64,000 nt of DNA from Auanema rhodensis (Eukaryota; Animalia; Nematoda). The position numbers were made by a program, and so were the translations under genes. Location: the NCBI GenBank assembly GCA_964057225.1, contig OZ059895.1, forward strand, positions 13,454,001 through 13,518,000. The letters run 5' to 3'. A model generated the notes under the pieces. The model ran no database searches. It was not told where the DNA came from and was given only the letters and a program-made list of their open reading frames with translations. Numbering within the stretch: position 1 is the first letter of the stretch; every line of letters begins with the position of its first letter. Positions 52,101 through 62,564 of this stretch are shown here, in pieces.

Positions 52101-54393
52101 AAAGTCATAGAATATAATCTTAAACAAGTAAGTATTACACTTGTAAAGATGTTAAATACAAACCTTGTATTTCTCTTGCCTCTTTTTTAACTGATCCTTC
52201 TTCTTGTCGTTAGGTGGTACCCAACAACAAGAGTGATCTTCAGGCTTTGTTTGCCCACACTTTTTGCAAAATTTCTCATTGCAATTGTGCGGTCTATCAG
52301 CACGCACCCTGTGATAATGATCACAGTTTTCACATGTCTGAATTTAGTCATGTTAAATTTTATATATATTTTTTAAATTACCTTAAACATTCGACATGTT
52401 TTTCTAATATGCCTGTCAAAGCATTGACGAGTTTTGAACAAAACTCTACAACTATCACATCTTATGCTACTCTCAACCACATTTTCCATCGAATTACATT
52501 TTAAGGTGTGGCATTTCTTACACTTGGCTTTACATCTATGCAACACTGTTTTGTAAGATAATTTACAGTGTTGGCATATAATACCATCAAAAACCTGTGA
52601 TCTACTACAAGTAGTAATACAGTCATAATGATTATTTCGGTAGCCTAGTGTTACCACTTTGCTAGCCGTTTCATTAAAAATACGCTGAATAGCGTACATA
52701 CGCTGTCCAGGTGGCCTAGCGTATACTACAAACTTATAGTCTGTATTACAACTTGCAATAATATTTAAATGATTTAAATTATAATTTGGTAAATGTACAG
52801 AAATACCACACCTATTTAATAAATTGATATGATGTGGTTGATTTGGCAACAAGATGTAGTTGCGACGAAGATTTTGTATCCTCCGCTTTTCAACAACATC
52901 TTCTGCTGCCTCTTCATCGGCTTTCCACATTCCCACAACTGCTGCTCTAGCCAGGCAATGAGTGTCAGTGTTCTCAATTGTGCCAGGTATTTTGAGTTCG
53001 GCATCAAAATAGAAACCAACTCTACCTTCACCAGGCATCAGGCTTGGCTGCACTGGTCTCTCATCAAACACATACATTTCAATATTCATTGCCTGGCTAA
53101 TTACAGCCTCTCGCTTTGATTGCTGCACCTTGCTGATGGCATTCATGATGGCAACGCCATCCAAATGCTCCCTTCTACGGAAATCCATAAATATGGATCC
53201 CTTTTCAAAGGATGGGTGCTCTATTGATAAACAAAATAGCGCTTTTTGTTTATCTGGCACACCACTTTCAGCAAGGCACCGATCAAGAAACTCATTAAAT
53301 AGCCGCGGCATGACAACATGCATTGGCTCATCAATGGCTTCCAAATGTGGGAACGTGAGCGATCTAACGACCACGTTGGTGAACCGACCAGTTCGTTTTA
53401 TGCGTCGGTGTGACCACTATAATACATATTTTTTATAATGGTTATACGCTTTTAATTTAAATATAAATAATTTTTGTTTATAACTTTTAATAAATTTACT
53501 TTTCTTTAAATTATTTTTATATTCTTTTATTAAAAATAAATGGCATTTGATTTTTAAATATAAAGTTTTTTCTTTTATAAACATTTGTTAATGTTAAAAA
53601 ATAAATGAAAAGGTCAAGATTGTGTTTTATTATTTTACTAGTTCAAAATGTTTGAAATATTTATAATTTGTAAGAATTCAAAATTGGTTGAAAGAAAGAT
53701 AGATGAGGAAAGATAGATAGATAGTGAGATGAAATGTAAAGATTTTAAAATGAATGCTGTTCAAAAGAATGAATATGTAAATTTCAAAATACTTGCAATT
53801 TGTTTGATAAAAGATATAGATTGAGATGAAATGTAAAGATGAGAGAGAGAGAATTTTATGAATGCAATTGAAAAAGAGAAATAAATTTCAAAATGTTTTC
53901 AAAATATGCAACTGGAGAAAGAGAAAATTTCATGTTTCAAAAGATATATTATGAAATGATATGTAAATAAAAGATCGCACCTCTATTTTACAGACATCGT
54001 TAAAAGCCGCTCCATATCCGACTTGCCCTCCACTGGTTGATGGGGTAGCGGGATCCCATTCTCTTAAAAAGAAAAAACTAATTGTTATAATTTTTAATAT
54101 CGCTTACTCATCACTGTCATCCAAGGTTATTACTTCAATAACCCTTGATGATGAGGGCCCACTGTTAAAAGTGGGTGATGTGGGCTCACAGAGCTCGATC
54201 CCACCAGCCTCGGTAAACTTTATACGTTTACTAAAAAACAAAATATATATAAAGATTCAAAGTATTGTTAAATTACCTGAGCTGATTAATCTCTTCATAA
54301 TCAAATCCTAGCTCTTCACATAAACGTTTATAACTGAAAAAAGAAAAAGTTTACAAACAAATAATCAAAAAGACACAACCTATTAGCAGCCAT
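49189..54393 (-). CDS. Protein-primed family B DNA polymerase (pPolB), about 14 exons, with an N-terminal OTU-like domain and an internal VSR-like nuclease domain
   Basis: ExoI FYDFET, ExoII AHNGSRFD, ExoIII YCRTDV, motif A DFCSLYP, motif B KLQLNS-VWGK (intron 49991-50035), motif C YTDTDS (intron 49670-49712). The upstream exons I checked join in frame to the ATG at 54393. Confidence 0.9.
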
Positions 54394-54600
54394 TGTACCT
54401 TGATATAATGAATATATCAGTCTACACATTGCTGTTGGCATTGTAATTTGTTATGTAACATGGATTTGGGTACAGCTGTCAAAACTAGCAGTTGCGATAA
54501 ACTTTAAAATAAATAAGCTTATTGAATACATCTGTTTTTATTGTCCCCATCGGATTAATTTTTGTTATTAGTTCTTATTAAATTAACTTTATGCGTTTCA

Positions 54601-55618
54601 TTGAGGTCAGCGCAACTGTTTGTTAATCTTATTGTATTTACCTTCAATGTGTGCTCTATAGAGTTATTGTATTGTTATATTAGTAAAATAAAGTTTAAAA
54701 CTAATCTTTTATTATAATTTGAAACCTTTACTTGTTAGAATAAATATAATTAATAACATTTTGTAATTTCAAAAATTAATAATTTAATGTCGTTCTTATC
54801 GAATTAACTTTCGATATGTGTTCCATTAAATTTTGGTATTTTATATCGTTCTTATCGAATTAACCTTCGATATGTGTTCCATTAAATTTTGTATTTCATA
54901 TCGTTCTTATCGAATTAACCTTCGATATGTGTTCCATTGAATTTTGTATTTCATATCGTTCTTATCGAATTAACCTTCGATATGTGTTCCATTGAATTAC
55001 CCATAACAAGTACGGTGAACAAAACGATATACATGCAAAAATTTTACTGTTCTTTAAAATAAAAACAATACAAACACAATACAATAAAAAATAAACAAAT
55101 CAAGTAAACAAACATTATTAATAAATTTAATAAATAAATAAAATTTAAAAAACAAATTTACATATTTAAATATTTAAATATTTAAATATAATTTATATAT
55201 AAAATTTAAAGTTTAAATAAAATTTATATATATAAAATTTAAATATAATTTAAATATTTAAAGTTTAAATATAATTTATATATATAAAATTTAAATATAA
55301 TTTAAATATTTAAAATTAAGATTTTTATTTTTACTTAATATATTTAAAAATAATTAAAAATATATACATACATTTAAAAGCATATTTAAATTTGATTTAA
55401 AAAAAAAAATCATGCTTTAAATCATGATTTTTAAATTTAAAAAAGGAGAATCCATGAACCATGATCCCAAAATATGATTTTAACAGCTGACGCTCAAAAA
55501 TATGTTTTTGACAGCTGACGCTCCCCAAAAGTATGTTTTTAGCAGCTGACGCCCCCAAAAGTATGTTTTTGACAGCTGTTTGGGGGCGTGGTTAGTAAAT
55601 TTTGCACGGCTCTCTACT
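54601..55618 (-). repeat. Maverick long terminal repeat, copy 1
   Basis: Shared with 58333-59178; contains 54-55-bp tandem repeats, an AT-only block and 31-32-bp subterminal repeats. Confidence 0.88.
54789..54998. repeat. Minisatellite, about 4 x 54-55 bp, with an ATCGAA-N6-TTCGAT palindrome
   Basis: TCGTTCTTATCGAATTAACCTTCGATATGTGTTCCATT repeated; 3 copies at 58522-58677. Confidence 0.9.
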
Positions 55619-55619
55619 T

Positions 55620-55796
55620 AGAACGCCTCGTCATCGTAAAGCTGTTATTCGATATTCACCATCACCGGTTCGTACACTCAAAAGTAAAAGGTCAAAGACT
55701 TTTGATACTGCCGCCGAATCATATTACACACCACGGGAAGGAGACTCACAGAATGGCCAAGGTCGTAAAAGGTTCTACATTAGATTATGGAAATGA
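55620..55796 (+). pseudogene. C-terminal remnant of a basic Maverick protein cut by the piece A terminus
   Basis: RTPRHRKAVIRYSPSP...QNGQGRKRFYIRLWK*; QxGxG motif, basic composition. Confidence 0.5.
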
Positions 55797-56820
55797 TATT
55801 TTGGCGAGCATTTATTACGATATAAAACACCCAGCTTCATATACATCAGCCAAGAATTTATTATCGCAAGCACGAAAACATGGCATTTCAAAGGTACAAG
55901 TTGATGATTTTTTGCAAGATTCTGAAACTTTTACACGACATAAACCAACCAGAATGCGTATGCAGACTAGAAAGACTAGAGGATGTGGTCGATTTCTAAC
56001 AGTGCAAGCAGATTTGGTTGATATGCAAAAATATAAAAAATTAAACGACGGCTATGCTTACATGTTGACCATGATTGATGTTTATACACGCATGTTATAT
56101 GTTAGGCCTTTGAAAACTAAAGGTGGTATAGAGGTTGCTAGTGCATTTAAAAGTTTATTCAAGAATTTTATACCAATTCAGTTGATTACTGATAATGGCA
56201 CAGAGTTTTATAATAATCATTGTGAAAAACTATTCAAAAGGTTTGCCATACTGCACAGATCTACAAGTTCACCACAAAAGGCTGCAATGGTGGAGCGAGC
56301 AAATAGAACTTTAAAAACACGCATGATGAAATATCTCTATTACAAGAATAATCATCGTTGGATTGATATCCTAGATGATTTGGTTGAAGGAATAAACAAA
56401 TCTTATAACCGCTCTATAAAAATGCGGCCCATTGATGTTAAAGCAAATATATTCATTGAAGAATATGCACCAGCTGTTAAAAGCCGCTTTAAAATTGGTG
56501 ATACTGTTCGCATAAGCAAAAATAGGCGTACTTTTGAAAAAAGCTACGAGTCTGGATATACAATGGAGCTGTTCACAATTGATGAGGTTGTAACCGGAAA
56601 CCCAACCGTGTATAAACTTGTAGATTATAATGGTGAACGTATAAAGGGAATATTCTACGAACCTGAACTTGTCTTGGCTACTAATAAAAGCAACAAGTAC
56701 TATATAGAAAAAGTTTTAAAAGAGCGTACTCGAAGCGGTAAACGTCAAGTATTTGTAAAATGGAGTGGATATCCCGACAACTTTAATGAATGGATAGATG
56801 CAGAAAATTTAAATGTATAA
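55753..56820 (+). CDS. Maverick retroviral-like integrase with C-terminal chromodomain
   Basis: QADLVD, ITDNGTEF and VERANRT (DDE); YYIEKVL..FVKWSGYPDNFNEWI. The track start at 55588 lies inside the terminal repeat, so the first ATG is used. Confidence 0.92.
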   Translation: MAKVVKGSTLDYGNDILASIYYDIKHPASYTSAKNLLSQARKHGISKVQVDDFLQDSETFTRHKPTRMRMQTRKTRGCGRFLTVQADLVDMQKYKKLNDGYAYMLTMIDVYTRMLYVRPLKTKGGIEVASAFKSLFKNFIPIQLITDNGTEFYNNHCEKLFKRFAILHRSTSSPQKAAMVERANRTLKTRMMKYLYYKNNHRWIDILDDLVEGINKSYNRSIKMRPIDVKANIFIEEYAPAVKSRFKIGDTVRISKNRRTFEKSYESGYTMELFTIDEVVTGNPTVYKLVDYNGERIKGIFYEPELVLATNKSNKYYIEKVLKERTRSGKRQVFVKWSGYPDNFNEWIDAENLNV

Positions 56821-57116
56821 TTTTTCAATGTTATAAACAATTGTATATATAATAAATGATTTATTTGATATATCGCATAATGTAACAATAAAAAACCAGC
56901 AAAATACAAACAACAATTCAACCTGGAAAAAAAAAAAATGTAGACTATTCAAATTTTCAAATTCTTACCAGTTGGTTGATCATTCGTCCTCAATTGATGA
57001 GCCATTGATGGATATTCGCAAGAGCTGGAAAAAAAAATGTTACGGCTGAGAATATAAAAATGCCACATAACAAAACAAGAATAAAACGCCAATTGTACTA
57101 TTTGTGCTTGTTGTAG

Positions 57117-57703
57117 TCAAAATGAAGGAACAAAGCGGATAAACATGTTCAGGTTGAGTGCTTCAGGACTTAGTTTAAAGTAGAATACATTCTGCTTATA
57201 ACCAAAAGTCTTTACAGTAGCCTCATCTGCATATATAACAATATAGCCCATATTGTTCAACAATTGCTTGCACGTCATGGTGTTATAAGAGCGCATCTAA
57301 AAAAAATTATAAAATTGAAAATAAATAAATATGCAAGCTTACATTAATAGAAAAGTTTTCGGGCTTATAGTGACGAAACTCCTTCAAAAGACCCAACGCA
57401 TCATTCCTTCCTCTACACTTTATACAGAGGCTGAAACAGTGATACTCGTCTATAACCTGCAATGATTCCCTACAAGTTTTGCAGAGACAAATTGGTCTCA
57501 TTAATACACTCCTTGGTGGAGTGCTCTCTCTCAGAATCTCCATCTGCTTTATTGGTGAATCTAAATTAAAGATTTAAAAAAGACAAGTTAAGGTTCATAC
57601 CAAAACTTGTGAAATTTGGTGCTGGTGTGGGTGGTCGTGGTACTTCAGGTTCAGGCGATTTGCGCACAACATTTGTCACATCAGCAAGTACAGCACGCTT
57701 CAT
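57117..57703 (-). CDS. Three-exon Maverick orphan protein (about 166 aa) with a D-box-like motif and a Cys/His cluster
   Basis: GT-AG introns 57561-57600 and 57297-57342 join the exons in frame; CLCKTC...HCFSLCIKC. Confidence 0.65.
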
Positions 57704-58332
57704 TTCCGCTAAAGATCCAACTTTCTAAAATATAAGGCAAACTTGCAGAGAGGAGCAGTCTATGGCGATTGGCAAAGAGTGGCAGGAGATGGTGAAACGT
57801 CGGATCCTCGGATAGTTGGCAGAGCTGAAATGTAAATGTAGCAAAATTGCCAACCTTTTATACAAAGATTTTTGAAAAGTACAACCCATTGTGTTACAAT
57901 CAAGTTTGCTGATGAAATTCTTTTATTAATTAGATTTTACAGCATATTTATGCAGATATACTCATCTCATCGACAGTTGCCAGCAGTTGGCGCACTCTGA
58001 ACCTGTAAACAATCTGCATATTAATTAGTTTTTACATCTCTTTAAACATTATTGTTTACCGTTTGTGCCATAAACAACAGCCATCTCTGTAAAACATTTA
58101 CGCTTTTTAAACTTTGCTTAATAGCTCATATATTAATCATAGTATACTTTTAAACCCATATTGTACCACAAAACATATGACTGCCAACGTTTTATATGTA
58201 AAAAATATTTCATTCTTTAATATTTACCAATGATTATATTACGAAACTAAAACTTTTGAAATGTTAAAATGATTATACTATATTTAGAACCCCACAGTGC
58301 AGTTATTAGTGTTTATTAACCATCGATATGCG

Positions 58333-59178
58333 TTGAGGTCAGCGCAACTGTTTGTTAATCTTATTGTATTTACCTTCAATGTGTGCTCTATAGAGTTATT
58401 GTATTGTTATATTAGTAAAATAAAGTTTAAAACTAGTCTTTTCTTTTAATTTGAAACTTTTACTTGTTAGAATAAATATAATTAATAACAATTTGTAATT
58501 TCAAAAATTAATAATTTAATGTCGTTCTTATCGAATTAACCTTCGATATGTGTTCCATTAAATTTTGGTATTTCATATCGTTCTTATCGAATTAACCTTC
58601 GATATGTGTTCCATTAAATTTTGGTATTTCATATCGTTCTTATCGAATTAACTTTCGATATGTGTTCCATTGAATTACCCATAACAAGTACGGTGAACAA
58701 AACGATATACACGCAAAAATTTATTGTTCTTTAAAATAAAAACAATACAAAAACAACACAATAAAAAATAAACAAAATAAGTAAACAAAATAAGTAAACA
58801 AACATTATTAATAAATAAATAAATGAAATTTAAAAACAAATTTATATATTTAAAATTTAAATATTTAAAATTTATAATTTTTATTTTTACTTAATATATT
58901 AAAAAATAATTAAAACTATATACATACATTTGAAAAAACAAATTTAAAATTTGATTTAAAAAAAAAAAATCATGCTTTAAATCATGATTTTTAAATTTAA
59001 AAAAGGAGAATCCATGAACCATGATCCTAAAATATGATTTTAACAGCTGACGCTCAAAAATATGTTTTTGACAGCTGACGCGCCCCAAAAGTATGTTTTT
59101 AGCAGCTGACGCCCCCAAAAGTATGTTTTTGACAGCTGTTTGGGGGCGTGGTTAGTAAATTTTGCACGGCTCTCTACT
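58333..59178 (-). repeat. Maverick long terminal repeat, copy 2 (same orientation as copy 1)
   Basis: Direct repeat of 54601-55618 with indels. Confidence 0.88.
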
Positions 59179-61840
59179 GACGCGCATTCTCCGTGATGCG
59201 AAAGACAGCCTTCAGTATTCAAAATTAAATTCGATATTACAGTGTCATCTGGCATTCTTGTCATTACTCCTCGTTCTAGTACCAGTCGAGGTTTTTCTTC
59301 GCATTGTTCATTATTGAACGATCGTCCGGGCGAAAATGTTGGCTCGTTTGTTGCATATGTAATGCTATCAAGTTTTTTCAATTCCTCAGAGCTCCATTTC
59401 CTATCTCGTACTGCCAACCTGCATTCTGCGGCTGGTATTTTTTCGATTCTGTCAACTGTACTGTTGTAGTCTCGAAGAAATAGGAGGTCTCTTATACATA
59501 TTTTATGAACCTCTTTAGAGCATCTCCAGGCGTCCCATTCGTGAGCTGTTTGATTTCTTGTGTAAAGATGAATTCTTGTCCGAAGCACGTGTTTTGTTGA
59601 TGGTATGGAACATTTTCTAAGGTGGAATCAGAAGGGCTCCTCCGGTAGCTTTTGTGCATAGCTGATAAGCTTCCACAGTGGTGATCAGTGATAAGATTAC
59701 TGATAAAGCTACTGCTAATGTTAAAGGAGATATTAAAGTCAAGTTATTGACTCTAGAGCCTCTTCCTCTTCCTCTTCCTTTGTTGTTGTTATTTCCCCTG
59801 AAGGGATTATTTAAGCGTTGACGGTTATCGTTTATCTCCAGGTTGCGTGATAAAGTATTATTTCTTTGATACCAATTCGAGTTAGGTTGATTTGAAAAAT
59901 TTCGACCGCGATTACCAAAATTGCGATTTCTTGCGAATAAATTTTGATAATTTTGAGGTTTTTGATAGTTTGATGAATTTTGATAATTTTGATAATTTTA
60001 ATCATTTTTATTATTGAATGATTGATATCTTCTACCGTTTCCTCGCCTACCAGTATCTCTCCTTTGTGGGAATGTTCTTTCTATTGCGTTTACAAGTAAC
60101 GCTTGAGGGTCAGCTACTTGATTAGCTATTGATTCTTCCCAACGGGCGTTATCAATAGCTTCAGAAAAAGTTTTGGGTTTTGCTCTGATTACCCCAGGGC
60201 GTATGCTGTTTTTGAGTCCTCGCAAAAATGTTGATCGGAGGATGTGATCCTTGTGAGGATCACTCTGAGAAAATGCGTTCAAACTTAAGTTACGTAGGGT
60301 TTGCGCAAATCCATCTACTGATAAGTCGCCTTGGGTGGAATTTTGAAGCGTTATCAGTGCCGGGTCCTGATTATATTCAGGGCAAAGCTTCGATGTTAAC
60401 TCTTCGATCAGTGTGATCCAAGGTCCAGTTGTCTTTATTTCATTGGCCAGCTGTGTATAAGCTTCTTCCGCTCTTTCGTTTTTGAGAAGTAGAGGCAAGA
60501 TAGTTAATCTCTCAGGCATCACTAAGCCTAAGGCATTAGAGAAGGTGTTAAATTTCGCAACGAAATCTCGAAAGTTACGACTTCCATCATACAGTCCTGT
60601 GTGAAATAGTTGAGACACCCCTATGTTAGAGGCCCCAGAAAACCCCTTCAAACTACAAAAAAAAATTTTTCAATATTGTTTTCTAAATTTATAAGGAAAT
60701 TTAGTGTTTTTTAACTATTTTGAATAATCCCTTTTGATTTAACAAAATTTGAGATTAGGAACATGTTAATTCATTAAAAAATATTCTAAAATGATTCTAA
60801 GCACAAAGCTCAATCAATAACTAAGTTTTTCCTATGGCATAGCTTCAAACAAGTAAGCTTCAGCATCTGAATCTTACTGAATATCTATGAAGATAACTTG
60901 GTTAACATACAACCAAATTCTCCCGTTCAAAAGAAAAAATGACGTTTAGTGTACTCCTAACATTCTATAAAAAAATTGTTTCTGAAGTCTTGATGAAACT
61001 TCTGAAATTCAAAAAAGAAGACTTCAAGCAGTTTATGAAAATTTCGGAGACTCCGGAAAATACTTTTAAACATAATTTTTTGATTGTTTTAAATTTTTTC
61101 TAAGTTCATTATCATTTTTAACACTCAAAATATATTTTTTCTGATTTTTTGTAGTTTGTCTGAGAAGGTATAAGGGATTCTAGTGAGTGTCCCAACTATT
61201 TCGCACAGGACTGTATATGGGGCAGTATGGAGAGCTTAATGCCTGAGCAATGGTTGATTTACCAGCTCCCGGGAGACGTGGTGTTTCAGTCATTTCTGAT
61301 GAAATGCCTTTGGGGTGTGTGATAGGTGATGTTATCACTTCACTTATTGATGCTTCTGGGTAAGTGTTCTTCTTGTCTCTGAAGAGCCACCGGTCTCTGA
61401 ATCGATTGAAGAGCTTATAACGGGAACCGCTGTTGTAGAACGAGCTTTTTGGACCTTGATAACCCTGCCAGATGCCTGAGGCGGTGTTATAGGAGTTGAT
61501 TGGGAGCTAAGGATCGCGCTATCTGATTTGTTAAGATAAGAGTTATGTGAAGCAAATCGAGGTCTTTCGGTATTGGGAGTTGTTGCTTTATCACCTGGAG
61601 ATAATTTTAAGATCTTTATCAGTCGGGCTGTTAACGATCTCTTGTTTTTGTACTTATCAGTTGTAAGTGATAACGGTGAAACTTCTGAAGCTTCTGCGGA
61701 GGGTGCTTCTGCCTCAGTGGTTACTTTTGTTCGTTTACGGGGTGTGCTGGTTTTCCTCTTATTGGAAATATTCTTTTTGAGCTTATCAGTGATGGCTGAT
61801 AAAGGAGATTGGCTGGTGTTAGCTTCGGTGAGCTTCGTAT
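59179..61840 (-). pseudogene. Decayed sister LTR retrotransposon fragment: leader, gag, longer env-like region
   Basis: Translations match the 18640 polyprotein; frameshift near 59620, stop near 61344, MITE insertion; cut by Maverick termini. Confidence 0.9.
60592..61213. mobile_element. Tc1/mariner-type MITE, 622 bp
   Basis: TIRs CAGTCCTGTGYGAAATAGTTGRGACAC and a TA duplication; removing it restores PIYDG of gag. Confidence 0.92.
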
Positions 61841-61875
61841 TAGAATAAACATACGTAGTAGAGCAGGCTAAGGTT

Positions 61876-61946
61876 AATAGAGAGCCGTGCAAAATTTACT
61901 AACCACGCCCCCAAACAGCTGTCAAAAACATACTTTTGGGGGCAAC
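61876..61946 (+). mobile_element. Maverick terminus C (71-bp stub)
   Basis: AATAGAGAGCCGTGCAAAATTTACTAACCACGCCCCC, the reverse complement of the 59178 end with one mismatch. Confidence 0.8.
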
Positions 61947-62263
61947 AGTAGAGAGCCATGCCGAATTTACTAACCACGCCCCCAAACAGTTGCTAAAAAC
62001 ATACTTTTGAGGGCGTCAGCTGCTAAAAACATACTTTTCCTCCCGAGGCAGGCTCTCGAGCCTGCGCATGGATCAAACTGCATGATTTTTTTTTAAAATC
62101 ATTTTTTAAATTATTTTTTAATGTATTTTTAAATGAATTTTTATTATTTATATATTGGTAATTGTATTTGTAAATATTTTAAAAATTATTTCTTTTTAAA
62201 TGTTTTTGTAAAATTAATTCGTTCTAAATGTAATTTTAAAATTATTTCTTTTTAAATATATTT
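61947..62263 (+). mobile_element. Terminus D of a related Maverick subfamily
   Basis: AGTAGAGAGCCATGCCGAATTTACTAACC..., followed by subterminal repeats and an AT block. Confidence 0.75.
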
Positions 62264-62564
62264 CGTTCCATGCGGACGCCTAGTGTATGTAGTTAGTGGG
62301 TTAGAGTTAGACTGACTAGAGGACTAATGAATGGCTCCGCCTTACCTCGGTTCTCTAACCGGGAGTTCGCCCCTTAACAAGCCCATGGACGGTTTGTATC
62401 TAGTTTAGTTTATCTTGTATATTAGTCATTGTCTTGTAAATGTAGTCTACTCCATTCTTGTATTATTGTAGTGTAATGTTGTTGTATCGTGTATAATAAA
62501 TCTATCCCTTCCCTTATCTTATGATATCCTTATGCTCTGTTCCCATACGCTACACTTATGAAAT
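62264..62564 (+). repeat. Diverged LTR of a sister family, interrupted
   Basis: Starts CGTTCCATG; colinear with about the first 300 bp of the 366-bp LTR. Confidence 0.85.

Larger units (their letters stand above)
47621..55618. mobile_element. Maverick/Polinton piece A (left-truncated): major capsid, pPolB, terminal repeat
   Basis: Capsid and pPolB genes; terminus ...GCTCTCTACT (AGTAGAGAGC on the minus strand) at 55618. Confidence 0.92.
55619..59178. mobile_element. Maverick/Polinton piece B: integrase, orphan gene, terminal repeat
   Basis: Chromodomain integrase; terminus GCTCTCTACT at 59178. Confidence 0.88.

Noticed and set aside
49439-53438. Many short plus-strand and alternate-frame ORFs
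   Set aside because: They are shadows of pPolB exons.
55588-55752. N-terminal extension of the Maverick integrase
   Set aside because: It starts at a GTG inside the neighbouring terminal repeat and crosses an insertion junction.
59040-59178. Repeated KTYFWG peptide at the end of the 182-aa ORF
   Set aside because: It is read-through from env into the Maverick subterminal repeats.
60592-60651. N-terminus of the 217-aa Gag ORF
   Set aside because: It derives from the MITE terminal repeat, not from gag.
59040-61946. Gag-env fragment as cargo captured between Maverick TIRs
   Set aside because: The termini face outward, so the fragment lies outside both Mavericks and is their insertion target.
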